NCBI GenBank assembly: GCA_965237675.1 | Contig: OZ250150.1 | Coordinates: 1,024,001-1,088,000 of the forward strand | DNA length: 64,000 nt | Direction: 5' to 3' | From: Candidatus Latescibacterota bacterium | GTDB lineage: Bacteria > Latescibacterota > UBA2968 > GCA-2709665 | Part shown: in pieces, positions 42,347 to 52,273 of the stretch | How positions within the stretch are numbered: position 1 is the first letter of the stretch | Layout of the letters: every line of letters begins with the position of its first letter | Position numbers and translations under genes: made by a program | The notes under the pieces: model-generated | The model's database searches: none | What the model saw: the letters and a program-made list of their open reading frames with translations, nothing else | Told to the model about the DNA's origin: nothing

Positions 42347-43303
42347 TTAGAGAACGGCAGCGCGTTTTTCATGGCAGAGTTGGGCAACCTCGGCACCTGC
42401 GATGAAGACGATGGCTGAAAAGTAGATCCACAGGGCCACGGCCAACGACAGCGTATAAGCCCCGTACACATACCAGATGGAGGCGAAATGGCCCAGGTAA
42501 TAGCCGAAGAGCCATTCGGCCAGTTTCCACAGCAGGGCGGCCCAAAAAGCGCCCATAGCCAGCGCGTTTATCCGGGGTGCCTCATAAGGCACCAGCCAGT
42601 ACAGGCCAAGGAATACGGCAAAGGCCACGGCAAAGGAGGCGAGGTCGTAGAAGTAGGCCACATAGGAGTGCAGCGGTGACAGGACGGCGTTGAGGACCGC
42701 GGCCAAAATGGGCAGCGAGAGGATCAACAGCAAAAAAGCGCACAGTACCAGGAGTACCATAGCGAGGTCTTTCAATTTGCCCACCGCTACCGGCAGGGCC
42801 ATGCGCAAGAAATTCAACCGGAGACCTGAAGTACTCATATTCTTAAGTTTGTCCACCGCTTCCGGCCACTGCTTGAACAGTTTCGCCACCAGGTTATGCT
42901 CGTCCCCGGAGGCTCGGAAGACCGTGTTGAGGAGGGTTCTCATGCTGCTGAACAGGCTGCTGACACTCAGCAGCAGGATTGACAGGCCGGAAACGCCGTA
43001 CGCCTCTTTGAATTCGACGACGTCGGGGATGCGCGAGGATAGAGCATCCTTCAGGTACGCGGCCTGTTCTTCATAAGGGATGAACACCTCCACTGTCCTA
43101 TTGACCTGGTCGGCTATGGAGGCCGCGTCCTGGACTGCTCCGAGCACAAAGAAAATGAGGAAGACCGAGGGCACAAGACATAGGAGGGTTGCAAACGCAA
43201 GGCCGGCGGCGAACAGGAAGAGGTGGTTGTCGCTCATCCTGACAAACAGACCGCCCAGATAATAAGCCCAGAAGCCTTGTTTAGCTGTCTGTTTGTCTTT
43301 CAA
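42347..43303 (-). CDS. YihY/virulence factor BrkB family membrane protein
   Basis: FAAGLAF..LLCLVP, LYWLVP, YVYGAY..LWIYFSAIVFIAGAEV. Confidence 0.85.
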   Translation of the reverse strand: MKDKQTAKQGFWAYYLGGLFVRMSDNHLFLFAAGLAFATLLCLVPSVFLIFFVLGAVQDAASIADQVNRTVEVFIPYEEQAAYLKDALSSRIPDVVEFKEAYGVSGLSILLLSVSSLFSSMRTLLNTVFRASGDEHNLVAKLFKQWPEAVDKLKNMSTSGLRLNFLRMALPVAVGKLKDLAMVLLVLCAFLLLILSLPILAAVLNAVLSPLHSYVAYFYDLASFAVAFAVFLGLYWLVPYEAPRINALAMGAFWAALLWKLAEWLFGYYLGHFASIWYVYGAYTLSLAVALWIYFSAIVFIAGAEVAQLCHEKRAAVL

Positions 43304-43470
43304 GGCAGAAAGGCCAGGGGGGCCTCCTCCGGGGTCGCCTCGCCGTCCGGCACGGACCGGCGCAGGGAGGGGGAAAAATTGACGATCTTATTGCGCAAGA
43401 TCACCATATTCGGCACTACCAGCCGCACATTTTCGAGCGTCACCAAGCCAGTAGCGGAGCGTTCGCGAGA

Positions 43471-44265
43471 TTGACCTCAATCCACCCCTGCCGCGTGATC
43501 GCGACCTCGCCGGTCGAACCATCCATTTCATGAACGATTTGCCGATGGACACGAGTTACAGGATCGCGGCCGTCACGACCGGAGGCGTCTCAACGGGCGA
43601 CATTACGATTGTCAGGGGGCTCATGAAGGGCACCGATCTCCCCAGCGGTTACACGTACCTCGTCAATCCCGGCGACGAATACGTCGTACCGACAATCGCT
43701 GAAATGGGAGACGGAATCTGAAAACAACTCACACGAAGGGTAAAATCAGCAATCAACGGTCAGGAACAACAGCTATCAGCGGTAAGCTCTCAGCCGGCAG
43801 CCAAAACCGGCTAGCGATTCGGCATTGTGATATCAATTCACGGATGCCTGGTTTTCGTAGGGGCGACCGGCCGGTCGCCCTCGTTACTGGAAAAACAGCA
43901 GTCAGCCGGCAGCGATCAGCTTACACCGGTTTGCGATACGGCTTGGCGATTCCAACCAGCGATATCCGCGCCATTATGTGGGCAACCACAAGGGTTGCCC
44001 CTACAAATGCAAAGGCCGCGCGTAACACGGCGAAATCAATATCACGTATGTCCGGCTTTTGTAGGGGCGGTTCGCGAACCGCCCGCGCGGCCTTTCGCTT
44101 TAGCCCCTCGCCCGCACGGTGGTGGAGTGGGGGGGTTTTCCACGCTATTCCGTTCAGCACCGAAGCGCAACGGGGCCGAATGCGTACGTAGGGCACAGCC
44201 GTTAGTATTCGCCACTGACGAGATTCGTGGAAAAATCGGCCCCGTGCCGAACGGCGCCGTTCTTT
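43471..44265 (+). repeat. About 790-bp direct repeat, copy 2, including an orphan alternative lyase 3' end (43471-43721)
   Basis: Near-identical to 41189-41977; REPs at 43857-43880, 43980-44004, 44061-44084. Confidence 0.88.
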
Positions 44266-44453
44266 TTGGCCCTTTTTCTTTGGCGAGAAAGAAAAAGGGC
44301 GTAAAAATATAAAAATAAAAAACTTATGCGAAATACATGGATGTGCTCATAGCACGACCTATCGTTCAGCTTCCCCTGTATTTCCTGGTTTCTTCGTGCC
44401 TTTCCAGCATTGTGTGAGAACGGGTTCTTCGATTACTGCGGCCGGTGGTTTCC

Positions 44454-45059
44454 TTACCTCAACCGCTCATAGACCTCCCTCGTTATCTCGAAATCCAGCA
44501 CCTCCCCACCTTCCACTTCCCTCGCGACGTTTAGTCCGAGCGACCGCCACAACCCCACTGACCGGACATTGTCGGCGGAAACGTCCATCGGACAGAACCG
44601 ATCGATTCCCAAGTCCTCAAACGCATACGCCATCAGGCACCGCACCACTTCTTTTCCGTAACCCCTTCCCCACAAAGACTTGTCCCAGATTCCAATGGGC
44701 AGGCGCATCACCTTCTCGCCCATAATCTTACGGCGCTCCAAATTCATCCACTGAAGACACACTTCACCGATGGTGCGGCCGCTGGCCTTTTCAACGACCG
44801 CGAACAGGAAACCCTGTTCGGCCATGGCCCTGCCCGCGCCTTTGAGATAGTCGGAAGTCACAGGTGCGTCAGGCGGTTCCGTCTCCATCGCGGCGAGAAA
44901 ATCGGGATCCCTGTAAAAGGGAACGGCCAGATCGAAATCCACCTCCTCAAATGGCCTCAGCCTCAGGCGCGCCGTTTCCAGGTGAAGATTATGGCCCGCG
45001 AAGTTTTCCATTCTCCGGATTTCTTCTTTCTTTGTTTCGCGGTCTGTATCGGGTCTCAA
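44454..45059 (-). CDS. GNAT acetyltransferase (RimJ/RimL-like)
   Basis: LETARLRLRPF, WGRGYGKE, NVRSVGLWRSLG. Confidence 0.85.
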   Translation of the reverse strand: MRPDTDRETKKEEIRRMENFAGHNLHLETARLRLRPFEEVDFDLAVPFYRDPDFLAAMETEPPDAPVTSDYLKGAGRAMAEQGFLFAVVEKASGRTIGEVCLQWMNLERRKIMGEKVMRLPIGIWDKSLWGRGYGKEVVRCLMAYAFEDLGIDRFCPMDVSADNVRSVGLWRSLGLNVAREVEGGEVLDFEITREVYERLR

Positions 45060-46054
45060 CTCTTCGCCGAATACGCCAATTCCATCCCGTCTTCAACATC
45101 CACCGTCACGCGCAGCACGCCGGGGCGGACGAGAGAAGCGGGTATGGGTTGATTGTTGACGCGAACCCGGGGATACCGGCACCACGCCGCGGGTACGTCC
45201 ACGTCCAGGGTGAGCGCACGGCACCTAACCCGGTCGGACAACCCGTCGAGGTTCAGACGGTAACGCCTTTCATCGGCGGTATCGGCGAGGGTTGTGACCT
45301 CGGTATGGCGCCGGGTGAGATGGTAGAAAATGGCTTCCTCGGGCACGGCGCACCATACATCTTCCCCGCCCTCGCTGAGAACGGTCTCAAAGCGGCCTCG
45401 AAGCTGGTCGGCGGTGCAGTCTTTGTTACGATGGACCACGTCATCCAGCGGACAGTGGCAGTAGTCGATAATCCACCCGCTGTCCACCTGCGCGTGGCGT
45501 ATGTTCCTGTACGGATCGAATTCGCTGTAGAAGGGCTCGTAGAACTGGTCGTGCAGGGCCGTGCGGTTCAGCCAGAAGAGTTCGTCGCCCGGCCGGTTTA
45601 GCGCGTCGGTGAGACTCATCGCGCCAAGGTATCCGTACTCCCGGCAGGCATCCAGGACATGGTCCGCCATGTTCGTATTGTTTCCGGGCGAGCAATAGAT
45701 GTCGACGGGGCCGTCGATGGCCTCTTCCAACACGGCTTTCGCTTCGCGCAACTCCCGGTCCAGCATGTCCGGCTGGATGACCTCGTGGCTCCAGGAGTGG
45801 TTGCCCACACCCCAGCCCCGGTCGACCATCTCCTTCATTTCCTCACCGGTCATGTGGCGGAAGCCGTTGTAGCTCGAGTTACCGAGGCGCCGTATTTCAC
45901 CGATGTGGCCGGCCACCGCTTCCATGTGTCCGGGCATGTTGAAGGCTTCATGAATTGGCACCGCGCGTTCGTGCAATTCGATCAGCGCTTCGTCGTACGT
46001 GATGGAATAGACCCATTTCTTTCCGTATTTCCAGTTGCAAATTTTGACGGCCAT
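45056..46054 (-). CDS. Polysaccharide deacetylase (CE4/NodB-like) domain protein
   Basis: SITYDE, GWGVGNHSWSH, YCSPG. Confidence 0.78.
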   Translation of the reverse strand: MAVKICNWKYGKKWVYSITYDEALIELHERAVPIHEAFNMPGHMEAVAGHIGEIRRLGNSSYNGFRHMTGEEMKEMVDRGWGVGNHSWSHEVIQPDMLDRELREAKAVLEEAIDGPVDIYCSPGNNTNMADHVLDACREYGYLGAMSLTDALNRPGDELFWLNRTALHDQFYEPFYSEFDPYRNIRHAQVDSGWIIDYCHCPLDDVVHRNKDCTADQLRGRFETVLSEGGEDVWCAVPEEAIFYHLTRRHTEVTTLADTADERRYRLNLDGLSDRVRCRALTLDVDVPAAWCRYPRVRVNNQPIPASLVRPGVLRVTVDVEDGMELAYSAKS

Positions 46055-46091
46055 TGAATTTTCCTTTCTTTGACGCTTCGTCGGATGACTT

Positions 46092-46868
46092 TCAGGCCTT
46101 TTGAGCGGTCCCGGCCGCCGCCATAAACGCCTCAAACGTAGTGCTGTACCCGATTTTCCATTCGAAAATATGGATGCCGTATCGGGTTGCAAGGCGTTCG
46201 TCAAAGGTATCCGGACGTTCCACGCCAACCGTGCCGTCGCGCATCAGTATACAGCGGTAACCGCGGGAGAGCATCGCCTGTCCGCCGCCCTCGGAACCCA
46301 GAACGCACATATCCGCGGCGAATCCGGTATAGATGAGGGTGTCGATGTTGTTGGCTTTCAGGAATGCGTCCAGGGTGTCGGTGTAAAAGACCATCGGCTC
46401 TTCGTCGATGGGAGACACGACTTCGGCCCGGCGCATTCTTGCGAGCGGGGAGTCTGTCATGTAATCGGGACCGTGGGCGCGATCCAGCATTTCCTTCTGG
46501 CGGCCTGTGGGTTTCCAGACGGTTGTTCTGTCCCGTCTGGACGGGATGTGAGGGTATTGTTCGTCCATCCAATCGGCTTCCACGTGAACCACGGGAAGCC
46601 CGATCGTCCGGGCCGCGTCCATGGCCGGGCGCATCACGTCGCACATGATACGGTACCCTTCGGCCGTGGCCTCGGGCCAACCCAGGTCCACGCAATAGTT
46701 CATATTCAGGGGAGGGCCGTCCGGACACCCGATATTCCAACAGTGCATGCCGACGAGGGCCGTCCGTGCGACAGGAAGTTCGAACGTGACCGATTCGTAC
46801 CCGGGATTATCGATGGGCAGGGCGCGGTAATAACGCGCGTTCAGATGGATGGTTGCGGAGTCGGACAT
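46092..46868 (-). CDS. Isochorismatase-like cysteine hydrolase, divergent
   Basis: RTALVGMH, ARTIGLPVVHV, IDTLIYTGFAADMCV, GYRCILMRDGT. Confidence 0.75.
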   Translation of the reverse strand: MSDSATIHLNARYYRALPIDNPGYESVTFELPVARTALVGMHCWNIGCPDGPPLNMNYCVDLGWPEATAEGYRIMCDVMRPAMDAARTIGLPVVHVEADWMDEQYPHIPSRRDRTTVWKPTGRQKEMLDRAHGPDYMTDSPLARMRRAEVVSPIDEEPMVFYTDTLDAFLKANNIDTLIYTGFAADMCVLGSEGGGQAMLSRGYRCILMRDGTVGVERPDTFDERLATRYGIHIFEWKIGYSTTFEAFMAAAGTAQKA

Positions 46869-46936
46869 TGCATACGCCTCTCGGGAACAACGGCGAAACG
46901 GAAGGATCAAACGGGATGCGCCGGATGTTCCGGACC

Positions 46937-48808
46937 TCAACGCATGGGTCCGCGCCCGTCCATAAGAATGTCTACGGGGTGGGAAAGCAGGATCAGGTCT
47001 TCGATGTCGAACTGTTCGAGCAGCCCGAAACAAAACGGGACGGGCTCGTTTGTGTAATCGACGCTCCAGTCGATGAGCCGGCGGAGGGAGTCGGGCAGGT
47101 TGGCGGTCAGTGCGTCGATGCCCCGGGGCCGCAGCGCCGCAGCGCAGATGGCGATAAGGCCGGTGGAGAGGCCCTGGGTGGTCATGTTCAGGGACTTCCG
47201 GCCAGTTGTCGACTCGATCCAGCGCCTGAGGGCGAGCAACTGGGCCGCACAGATGCCAAGGGGACGGTCACCGGCCGCGGAGATGCATTCCATAAACAGG
47301 TAGTGGTAGGCGCCGTCCGCAATGACCTGTTCGCCAAAAGCAAGCAGGTCGGCCACAAAAACGCGTCTTCCGGACCGGAGGGCGCTGTCTACCGCCCTCG
47401 CTGCGCCGGCCCGGCCATTTTCCGGGAGGACGAGCAGGACGTCTTTCGATCCGTTCGGGCGAAATTCCGTGACGGGAATATTCCAGCGGTCCATCTCCAG
47501 GAGATGGTGCGAGATTTGTACTCCGGCCAGCGTTCGTGTCTTACGCACGGATCGCGCTTCAACGGTGTACGCAGACGGCAGCCGCAACACTCTGGTAAGG
47601 CGTCTTCGATCCTGTTGTTTTGTATCCGTGGTCGATCGTTTCGCGGGCAGCCGCCCGGCGAGGTCTCCCGCAATCGAGAGAAACGTGGGGTTGTCCCGTG
47701 GCAACCCGACGTTGAGTTCCCACTCGGAGCGGATCTCGTCGTCGCAGGGGATATCTTCGGTGGAGATATCAAGGTTCCAGGCGTTCTTGAGAATCTGATA
47801 CAGTTGTTCCCGTATATCTTTCTCATAGTTGTGGTTGCCGGGATCTTCGTTGGCGTAAAAGCCGATACGATCGGTTACACCGAGCCGTTCATACACACGC
47901 CGGGCAGGTGTATACAGGGCAGGTCGCATGAATTCCGGGCGAAAGATACCGTCGTTGACGCTGTGTACGAGCAGCGCCGGACGGGGCGCGAACATCGCGG
48001 TGAGGGTGTCATAGTCGGCCACGGTGCAGAGATCGACCGGCGTCTGTTCCAGGTCTCCGTGGTCCTGCCATCGTTTGGTCGCCCGGTGCCAGATAGGGGA
48101 ATGCCCGGAGACAGGCACGGAGACGCCGATGCGTTCATCCATTGCGGTAAGCACCGCGGTCTGCCACCCGCCGCCCGACAGACCGGTCATCGCCACCCGG
48201 TCAGCGTCGGCATATCTGTGAGCGAGCAGCACGTCCAGACCGCGCTTCATGGCCAGATACATGGCGCTCACGCCGGCCACGCCGCACAGGTCGATGTGCG
48301 CCTGGTGCATGTGGTTGGCCGAGCCCTGAAGTTCACCCATGCCGATGAATTCGAAATTGAGGGCGAGCATCCCGCGTTTGGCCAGGTTGATGCAGCGGGC
48401 CTGCTTGTAGTCCATGGCCTTGCCGCCGCGGTGGTGGCCATTGGGGTTGAGCACGACAGGAACTTTGCTCTTGAGATTCTCGGGCTCGTATAACAGGGCG
48501 GGGATCCGCATGCCCGGGTACCCTTCGTAATGAAGTTTCCGGATGCGGTAGCCGTTGCCTTCCAGGACGCCCCGCCACTGTACCTTCGGCGGGTGGCTGT
48601 TGACGTCCGGATCGAGGCCTGTCAGGAAGACTTTATCCCGGAGGTCCCGGCGAATCCGGGCGGTTCGCCCTTTCCATTCCTCAGGGGATTCAGGTGTCTC
48701 GAGGCGCGGTAGTTTTTCCGTATAGTAATCCATCATGATACGGGTATGCCGGCCGCGCAGGAGTTTGCGCGAAAGCGCGTGTGTGATCTGATTGGACGTG
48801 AGGGACAT
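46937..48808 (-). CDS. Alpha/beta-fold hydrolase (acetylxylan esterase-like)
   Basis: YEGYPG..IPALLYEP, NPNGH, GLSGGG nucleophile elbow, APRP, GNHNY. Confidence 0.8.
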   Translation of the reverse strand: MSLTSNQITHALSRKLLRGRHTRIMMDYYTEKLPRLETPESPEEWKGRTARIRRDLRDKVFLTGLDPDVNSHPPKVQWRGVLEGNGYRIRKLHYEGYPGMRIPALLYEPENLKSKVPVVLNPNGHHRGGKAMDYKQARCINLAKRGMLALNFEFIGMGELQGSANHMHQAHIDLCGVAGVSAMYLAMKRGLDVLLAHRYADADRVAMTGLSGGGWQTAVLTAMDERIGVSVPVSGHSPIWHRATKRWQDHGDLEQTPVDLCTVADYDTLTAMFAPRPALLVHSVNDGIFRPEFMRPALYTPARRVYERLGVTDRIGFYANEDPGNHNYEKDIREQLYQILKNAWNLDISTEDIPCDDEIRSEWELNVGLPRDNPTFLSIAGDLAGRLPAKRSTTDTKQQDRRRLTRVLRLPSAYTVEARSVRKTRTLAGVQISHHLLEMDRWNIPVTEFRPNGSKDVLLVLPENGRAGAARAVDSALRSGRRVFVADLLAFGEQVIADGAYHYLFMECISAAGDRPLGICAAQLLALRRWIESTTGRKSLNMTTQGLSTGLIAICAAALRPRGIDALTANLPDSLRRLIDWSVDYTNEPVPFCFGLLEQFDIEDLILLSHPVDILMDGRGPMR

Positions 48809-48859
48809 GGGGATGATTCCCGAAAGACCGGGTGGAAGGCGTTGCGGCGCGCGTGCCGA

Positions 48860-49915
48860 TCAGTTCAGCGCATAGGTCTCATAAGGGTTCTGGCAGGGGT
48901 TGTTCCGGCTCACGTGCATGCGGCCGGTATCGGTTTCGATGATGACGGAGAACGTCGTGGCCCAGTACCCTGTCGTCGGATGATCGTTGGGATGGCGGCA
49001 GATGGAGGTGGGGCGGTTTTCATGATCACTCAGGGCGGCTTTGAGGTTTTCGATGGCAAAGGGACGTTCCATTTCAGCAAAGAGTTTCCGGATTCGGATT
49101 TTCCTTCCGCCGGACTGGATGAGTTCGGGGAAGACGTCGTTGTTATGCGCCAGTTCCGGATGCTCGCAGTGGTTGGTATGAGTCACCAGGCCCACACCGT
49201 CGTCCCGGATCACATGCACGTTTTCCAAAGTGACCTCCAGGTCGGCCGGCCCCTGTGGCGTCGACAGGATGATGTTGGCGGGGATGGCGCGACGCGCCCG
49301 GCGCACGGCCTGCACGGCATCTTCCAGGGTACCGGTCTCGTAAATACCGCGGACCGTGAAGTAGTGGGGTACGCCCACGGGACGGGAGGGCGCGGGCAGG
49401 GTATTCAGGCAGACGCCAATGCCTTCGCTGTTCAGGCCGATATAGGCGATGATGCCGGCCTGGGTAATGTTCAGGATGGCAGGTTTTCCCGTGGGGCGGC
49501 GCTTGAGGACGATCGTAAACGGATTGAGTGCCGGGTCGTTATCCCAGTTCTGACCCACAATGTTGGCCCTTCCCGCGGGCGCGGTGACTGAAAAGGACGT
49601 GCATCCCGCGTCGGCCGCGGCCTGAAGCTGATTTCGGACCTGGAGCATCATGAGATCGTCCATAGGGACGCCGGAGGACTCGGCCATGCCTCGCATCTCG
49701 TCGAGCATGTGGGGCGCGTATTCCTCCACGTACGGAATGCAGTCCCGGGCTACGGCCATTGCCCGTTCGACGGGGACGGTAACGCTCTTGTTCACCCGTT
49801 CGAGGGCGATATGCGCAAAGCCGCGGATCTCGTCGCGGGCGGCCTCGCCGATCTGCCTGCCCATTTCAATGGGCGAACCGGCGACTTCGATTTCACGGTA
49901 GCGTGTATCTGACAT
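48860..49915 (-). CDS. Peptidase C45 / acyl-CoA:6-APA acyltransferase-like Ntn hydrolase
   Basis: GCTSF autoproteolysis site, GQNWD, GLNSEGIG, HTNH, SICRH. Confidence 0.88.
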   Translation of the reverse strand: MSDTRYREIEVAGSPIEMGRQIGEAARDEIRGFAHIALERVNKSVTVPVERAMAVARDCIPYVEEYAPHMLDEMRGMAESSGVPMDDLMMLQVRNQLQAAADAGCTSFSVTAPAGRANIVGQNWDNDPALNPFTIVLKRRPTGKPAILNITQAGIIAYIGLNSEGIGVCLNTLPAPSRPVGVPHYFTVRGIYETGTLEDAVQAVRRARRAIPANIILSTPQGPADLEVTLENVHVIRDDGVGLVTHTNHCEHPELAHNNDVFPELIQSGGRKIRIRKLFAEMERPFAIENLKAALSDHENRPTSICRHPNDHPTTGYWATTFSVIIETDTGRMHVSRNNPCQNPYETYALN

Positions 49916-49995
49916 CTGGACCTCCTCCGACCTGGAAGGCGTTCCAGCCATCCCCGACGGCCCGGAGACGGGCACCTTTTCGGGAAGGGCAACGC

Positions 49996-51237
49996 CTATG
50001 CGCGATTTCGATCGGCCACTTCCCGGACGACCTGCGCGGCGAGTTCGCAGTGTTCGGGTTCATAGCGTTCGCAGAAGGAAGACCAGCGAACGAAAGTCTC
50101 CAGGAAGTTCCGGGCATTGGGGCAGGTATCCCCGTTGTACGAATATTCCCTGGAAGCGGGGGGCATCGAATAAGGATGCAGCTTCTTTTTCGCTTTTTCT
50201 GTGAGAAAGGGCAGGGCCGCGGGTAACAGGTAGTAGCGACCCGTTCCCGCGCCGGGGATACCCCCATCCGCGACCTGTTGTGCAAACGCGTCCGGCGTGC
50301 AGACAAACGCGTCGGGGTCGACGCTGAAACCGGCCATCCAGCAGGAGTAGACGTTCATGTAATCCGGGATGGGAAGTGGGGTGATGCCGGGGATCTCCTC
50401 CAGTCTCTCCGTGAGCAGACGGATCATCCGGTCGCGCTGCTCCACGTTGGGACGGATGATCTCAAGCTGCGCCAGGGAGACGGCAGCGGTGCATTGGGGC
50501 ATGCGGTGGGCAAATCCGGGCACAACGTGCTGCCGTCCGAACCCGCCGAGCACCTGGCCGCCACGGCTGTGGCCGATGAAGCGCATGCGGTCAGCCAGGT
50601 TGTCGTCGTCGGTAACCACACAGCCGCCAATGTCCGAACCCATGGTTTTTTCTGAGTCGAAGGAGAAGGCGCCGGCAGTTGATAGAGACCCGGCCAGACG
50701 ACCCTTGTATTCCCCGAACACAGCCTGACAGGTGTCCTCGTAAACGATGAGACCGTGTTCGTCCGCGAGTTCGACGATGGGATTCATATCGCAGATCGTG
50801 CCCGTCATGTGCACGACGAGAATGGCGCGCGTGCGGTCCGTGATGCAGGGTGCGATGGTTTCCGCGCTGCTGGCCAGGGTACCCGCATCCGTATCCGCGA
50901 AAACGGGTATATAGTTCTCTCTTATGAGACCCTGCACGGTGCCGTAATCCGTAACCGAACTGACGACGATTTCATCCCCCGGATCGAAATCCAGCGCACA
51001 GGCCAGAACGGCCAGGGCTGGCGTACAGCCGGGCGTCGCAATGCAGTGTTTCACACCCATCTCTTCCGCGAATGCGTCTTCAAATCGCCCGATCATGTTG
51101 CACGTCAGACCCGAGTCGACCACCTCCCGGAGATAGGTCATCGCGTTGGGTCCGATGGTGCGCGGAAAGGGCTGGGGCAGCGTGCCGGCAAGCCCGGCGG
51201 CCGCATCCGCGCCGTATCTGGCCCTCTCTACGGTCAT
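49996..51237 (-). CDS. DegT/DnrJ/EryC1/StrS family PLP aminotransferase
   Basis: FEDAFA, PGDEIVV, VHMTG, EDTCQA, FSFDSEK. Confidence 0.88.
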   Translation of the reverse strand: MTVERARYGADAAAGLAGTLPQPFPRTIGPNAMTYLREVVDSGLTCNMIGRFEDAFAEEMGVKHCIATPGCTPALAVLACALDFDPGDEIVVSSVTDYGTVQGLIRENYIPVFADTDAGTLASSAETIAPCITDRTRAILVVHMTGTICDMNPIVELADEHGLIVYEDTCQAVFGEYKGRLAGSLSTAGAFSFDSEKTMGSDIGGCVVTDDDNLADRMRFIGHSRGGQVLGGFGRQHVVPGFAHRMPQCTAAVSLAQLEIIRPNVEQRDRMIRLLTERLEEIPGITPLPIPDYMNVYSCWMAGFSVDPDAFVCTPDAFAQQVADGGIPGAGTGRYYLLPAALPFLTEKAKKKLHPYSMPPASREYSYNGDTCPNARNFLETFVRWSSFCERYEPEHCELAAQVVREVADRNRA

Positions 51238-51379
51238 GGTTCATCCTTTCTGGCAGTTCGCGTTGATTGGATCGGCCCCTCGACGACTTCTCCCCATAAC
51301 CAGCCTCGCCCGGCATCACAGCTTTCAGGCGTTCCGCCGCATCGAAGCAGGGAAAAGGTTTTTTGGTTATGCCGTGGTG

Positions 51380-52132
51380 CTACTTTTTCCCCTGTGCGGC
51401 GTGCATTTCTTTGGAAAAGACATGGGGCTGTATTTCGCGGCTTCCGGCTTCAATCATGCCCTGGAGGTATTCCACGGTTTTCTGAACCGCGGCTTCAACC
51501 AGAATCTTGCCCAATTCTTCAGTCGCTTTCATAGGCTCCTGGGCTTCCTGGTCCGCCATCGCATCGTGGCGGATGTTCTCCGGACAGATGACCATGGCCA
51601 TCGCGGTTTCGTATTCCCCGGCATGACCGGGTACCCTGCTCGTGCAGTGCTGCTCGGCGATTTCCCGGCTCAGGTTCCAGTAGGAGTGGAACTGCACGTT
51701 GGCCTCCGGGGCCGTCATTTTAAAGAAGAGTTGCCACTGCCGGAGGATGCCCATCATGGGGGCTTCGTTGCCCCCGTGTCCGTTCAGGATAAGCACGTTG
51801 TTGATTCCGTGGCGCACCAGGCTCTCCACGGCGTCGAAGAGTACCGACAGCCAACTGCCGGGTTTGGCGGTGACGGTTCCCTTATGGATCATGTGATGTT
51901 CGGAGATGCCGACCGCCATCGGCACGTTTACGGCAACATTGGGGTACAGCCGTCTGGCGGCTTCGGCGGCCACGTGGGTGGCCGCACGGATGTCGTATTC
52001 CATGGCCAGGTGTTCCAGGTGCTGTTCATTGCTACCCGTTGGTATGATTGCGGTTCCGAACCGACCGGCTTCCAGGGCTTCCCGGAACTCCTTGCGGGTG
52101 AATTTGGCCACAGCGACTTCCTGGTTTTGCAT
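51380..52132 (-). CDS. Creatininase family amidohydrolase
   Basis: PTGSNEQHLEHL..D, SEHH, NGHGGN, HAGEYET. Confidence 0.9.
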   Translation of the reverse strand: MQNQEVAVAKFTRKEFREALEAGRFGTAIIPTGSNEQHLEHLAMEYDIRAATHVAAEAARRLYPNVAVNVPMAVGISEHHMIHKGTVTAKPGSWLSVLFDAVESLVRHGINNVLILNGHGGNEAPMMGILRQWQLFFKMTAPEANVQFHSYWNLSREIAEQHCTSRVPGHAGEYETAMAMVICPENIRHDAMADQEAQEPMKATEELGKILVEAAVQKTVEYLQGMIEAGSREIQPHVFSKEMHAAQGKK

Positions 52133-52273
52133 ATGGGTTCTCCTTTATGGGACTTGGCTTGGAATCTCTGTTCAGTGTGCCGGTGCGGGCGCACTGTCAT
52201 AACGCGATTTGAAAAGCGGTTCGGAATGGATCGCGAATGCAGCATATGCCACATCCGGATAGCGAGATCGGGC

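Noticed and set aside
41189-43721. Diversity-generating retroelement (VR/TR pair at the lyase 3' end)
   Set aside because: Mismatches are not adenine-specific (many C/T and G/C third-position changes) and no reverse transcriptase is in the window
46853-48493. Long antisense ORFs (also 5429-7129, 22108-23334, 51146-52543, 56043-57488)
   Set aside because: They lie opposite well-supported genes in GC-rich DNA and show no recognisable motifs
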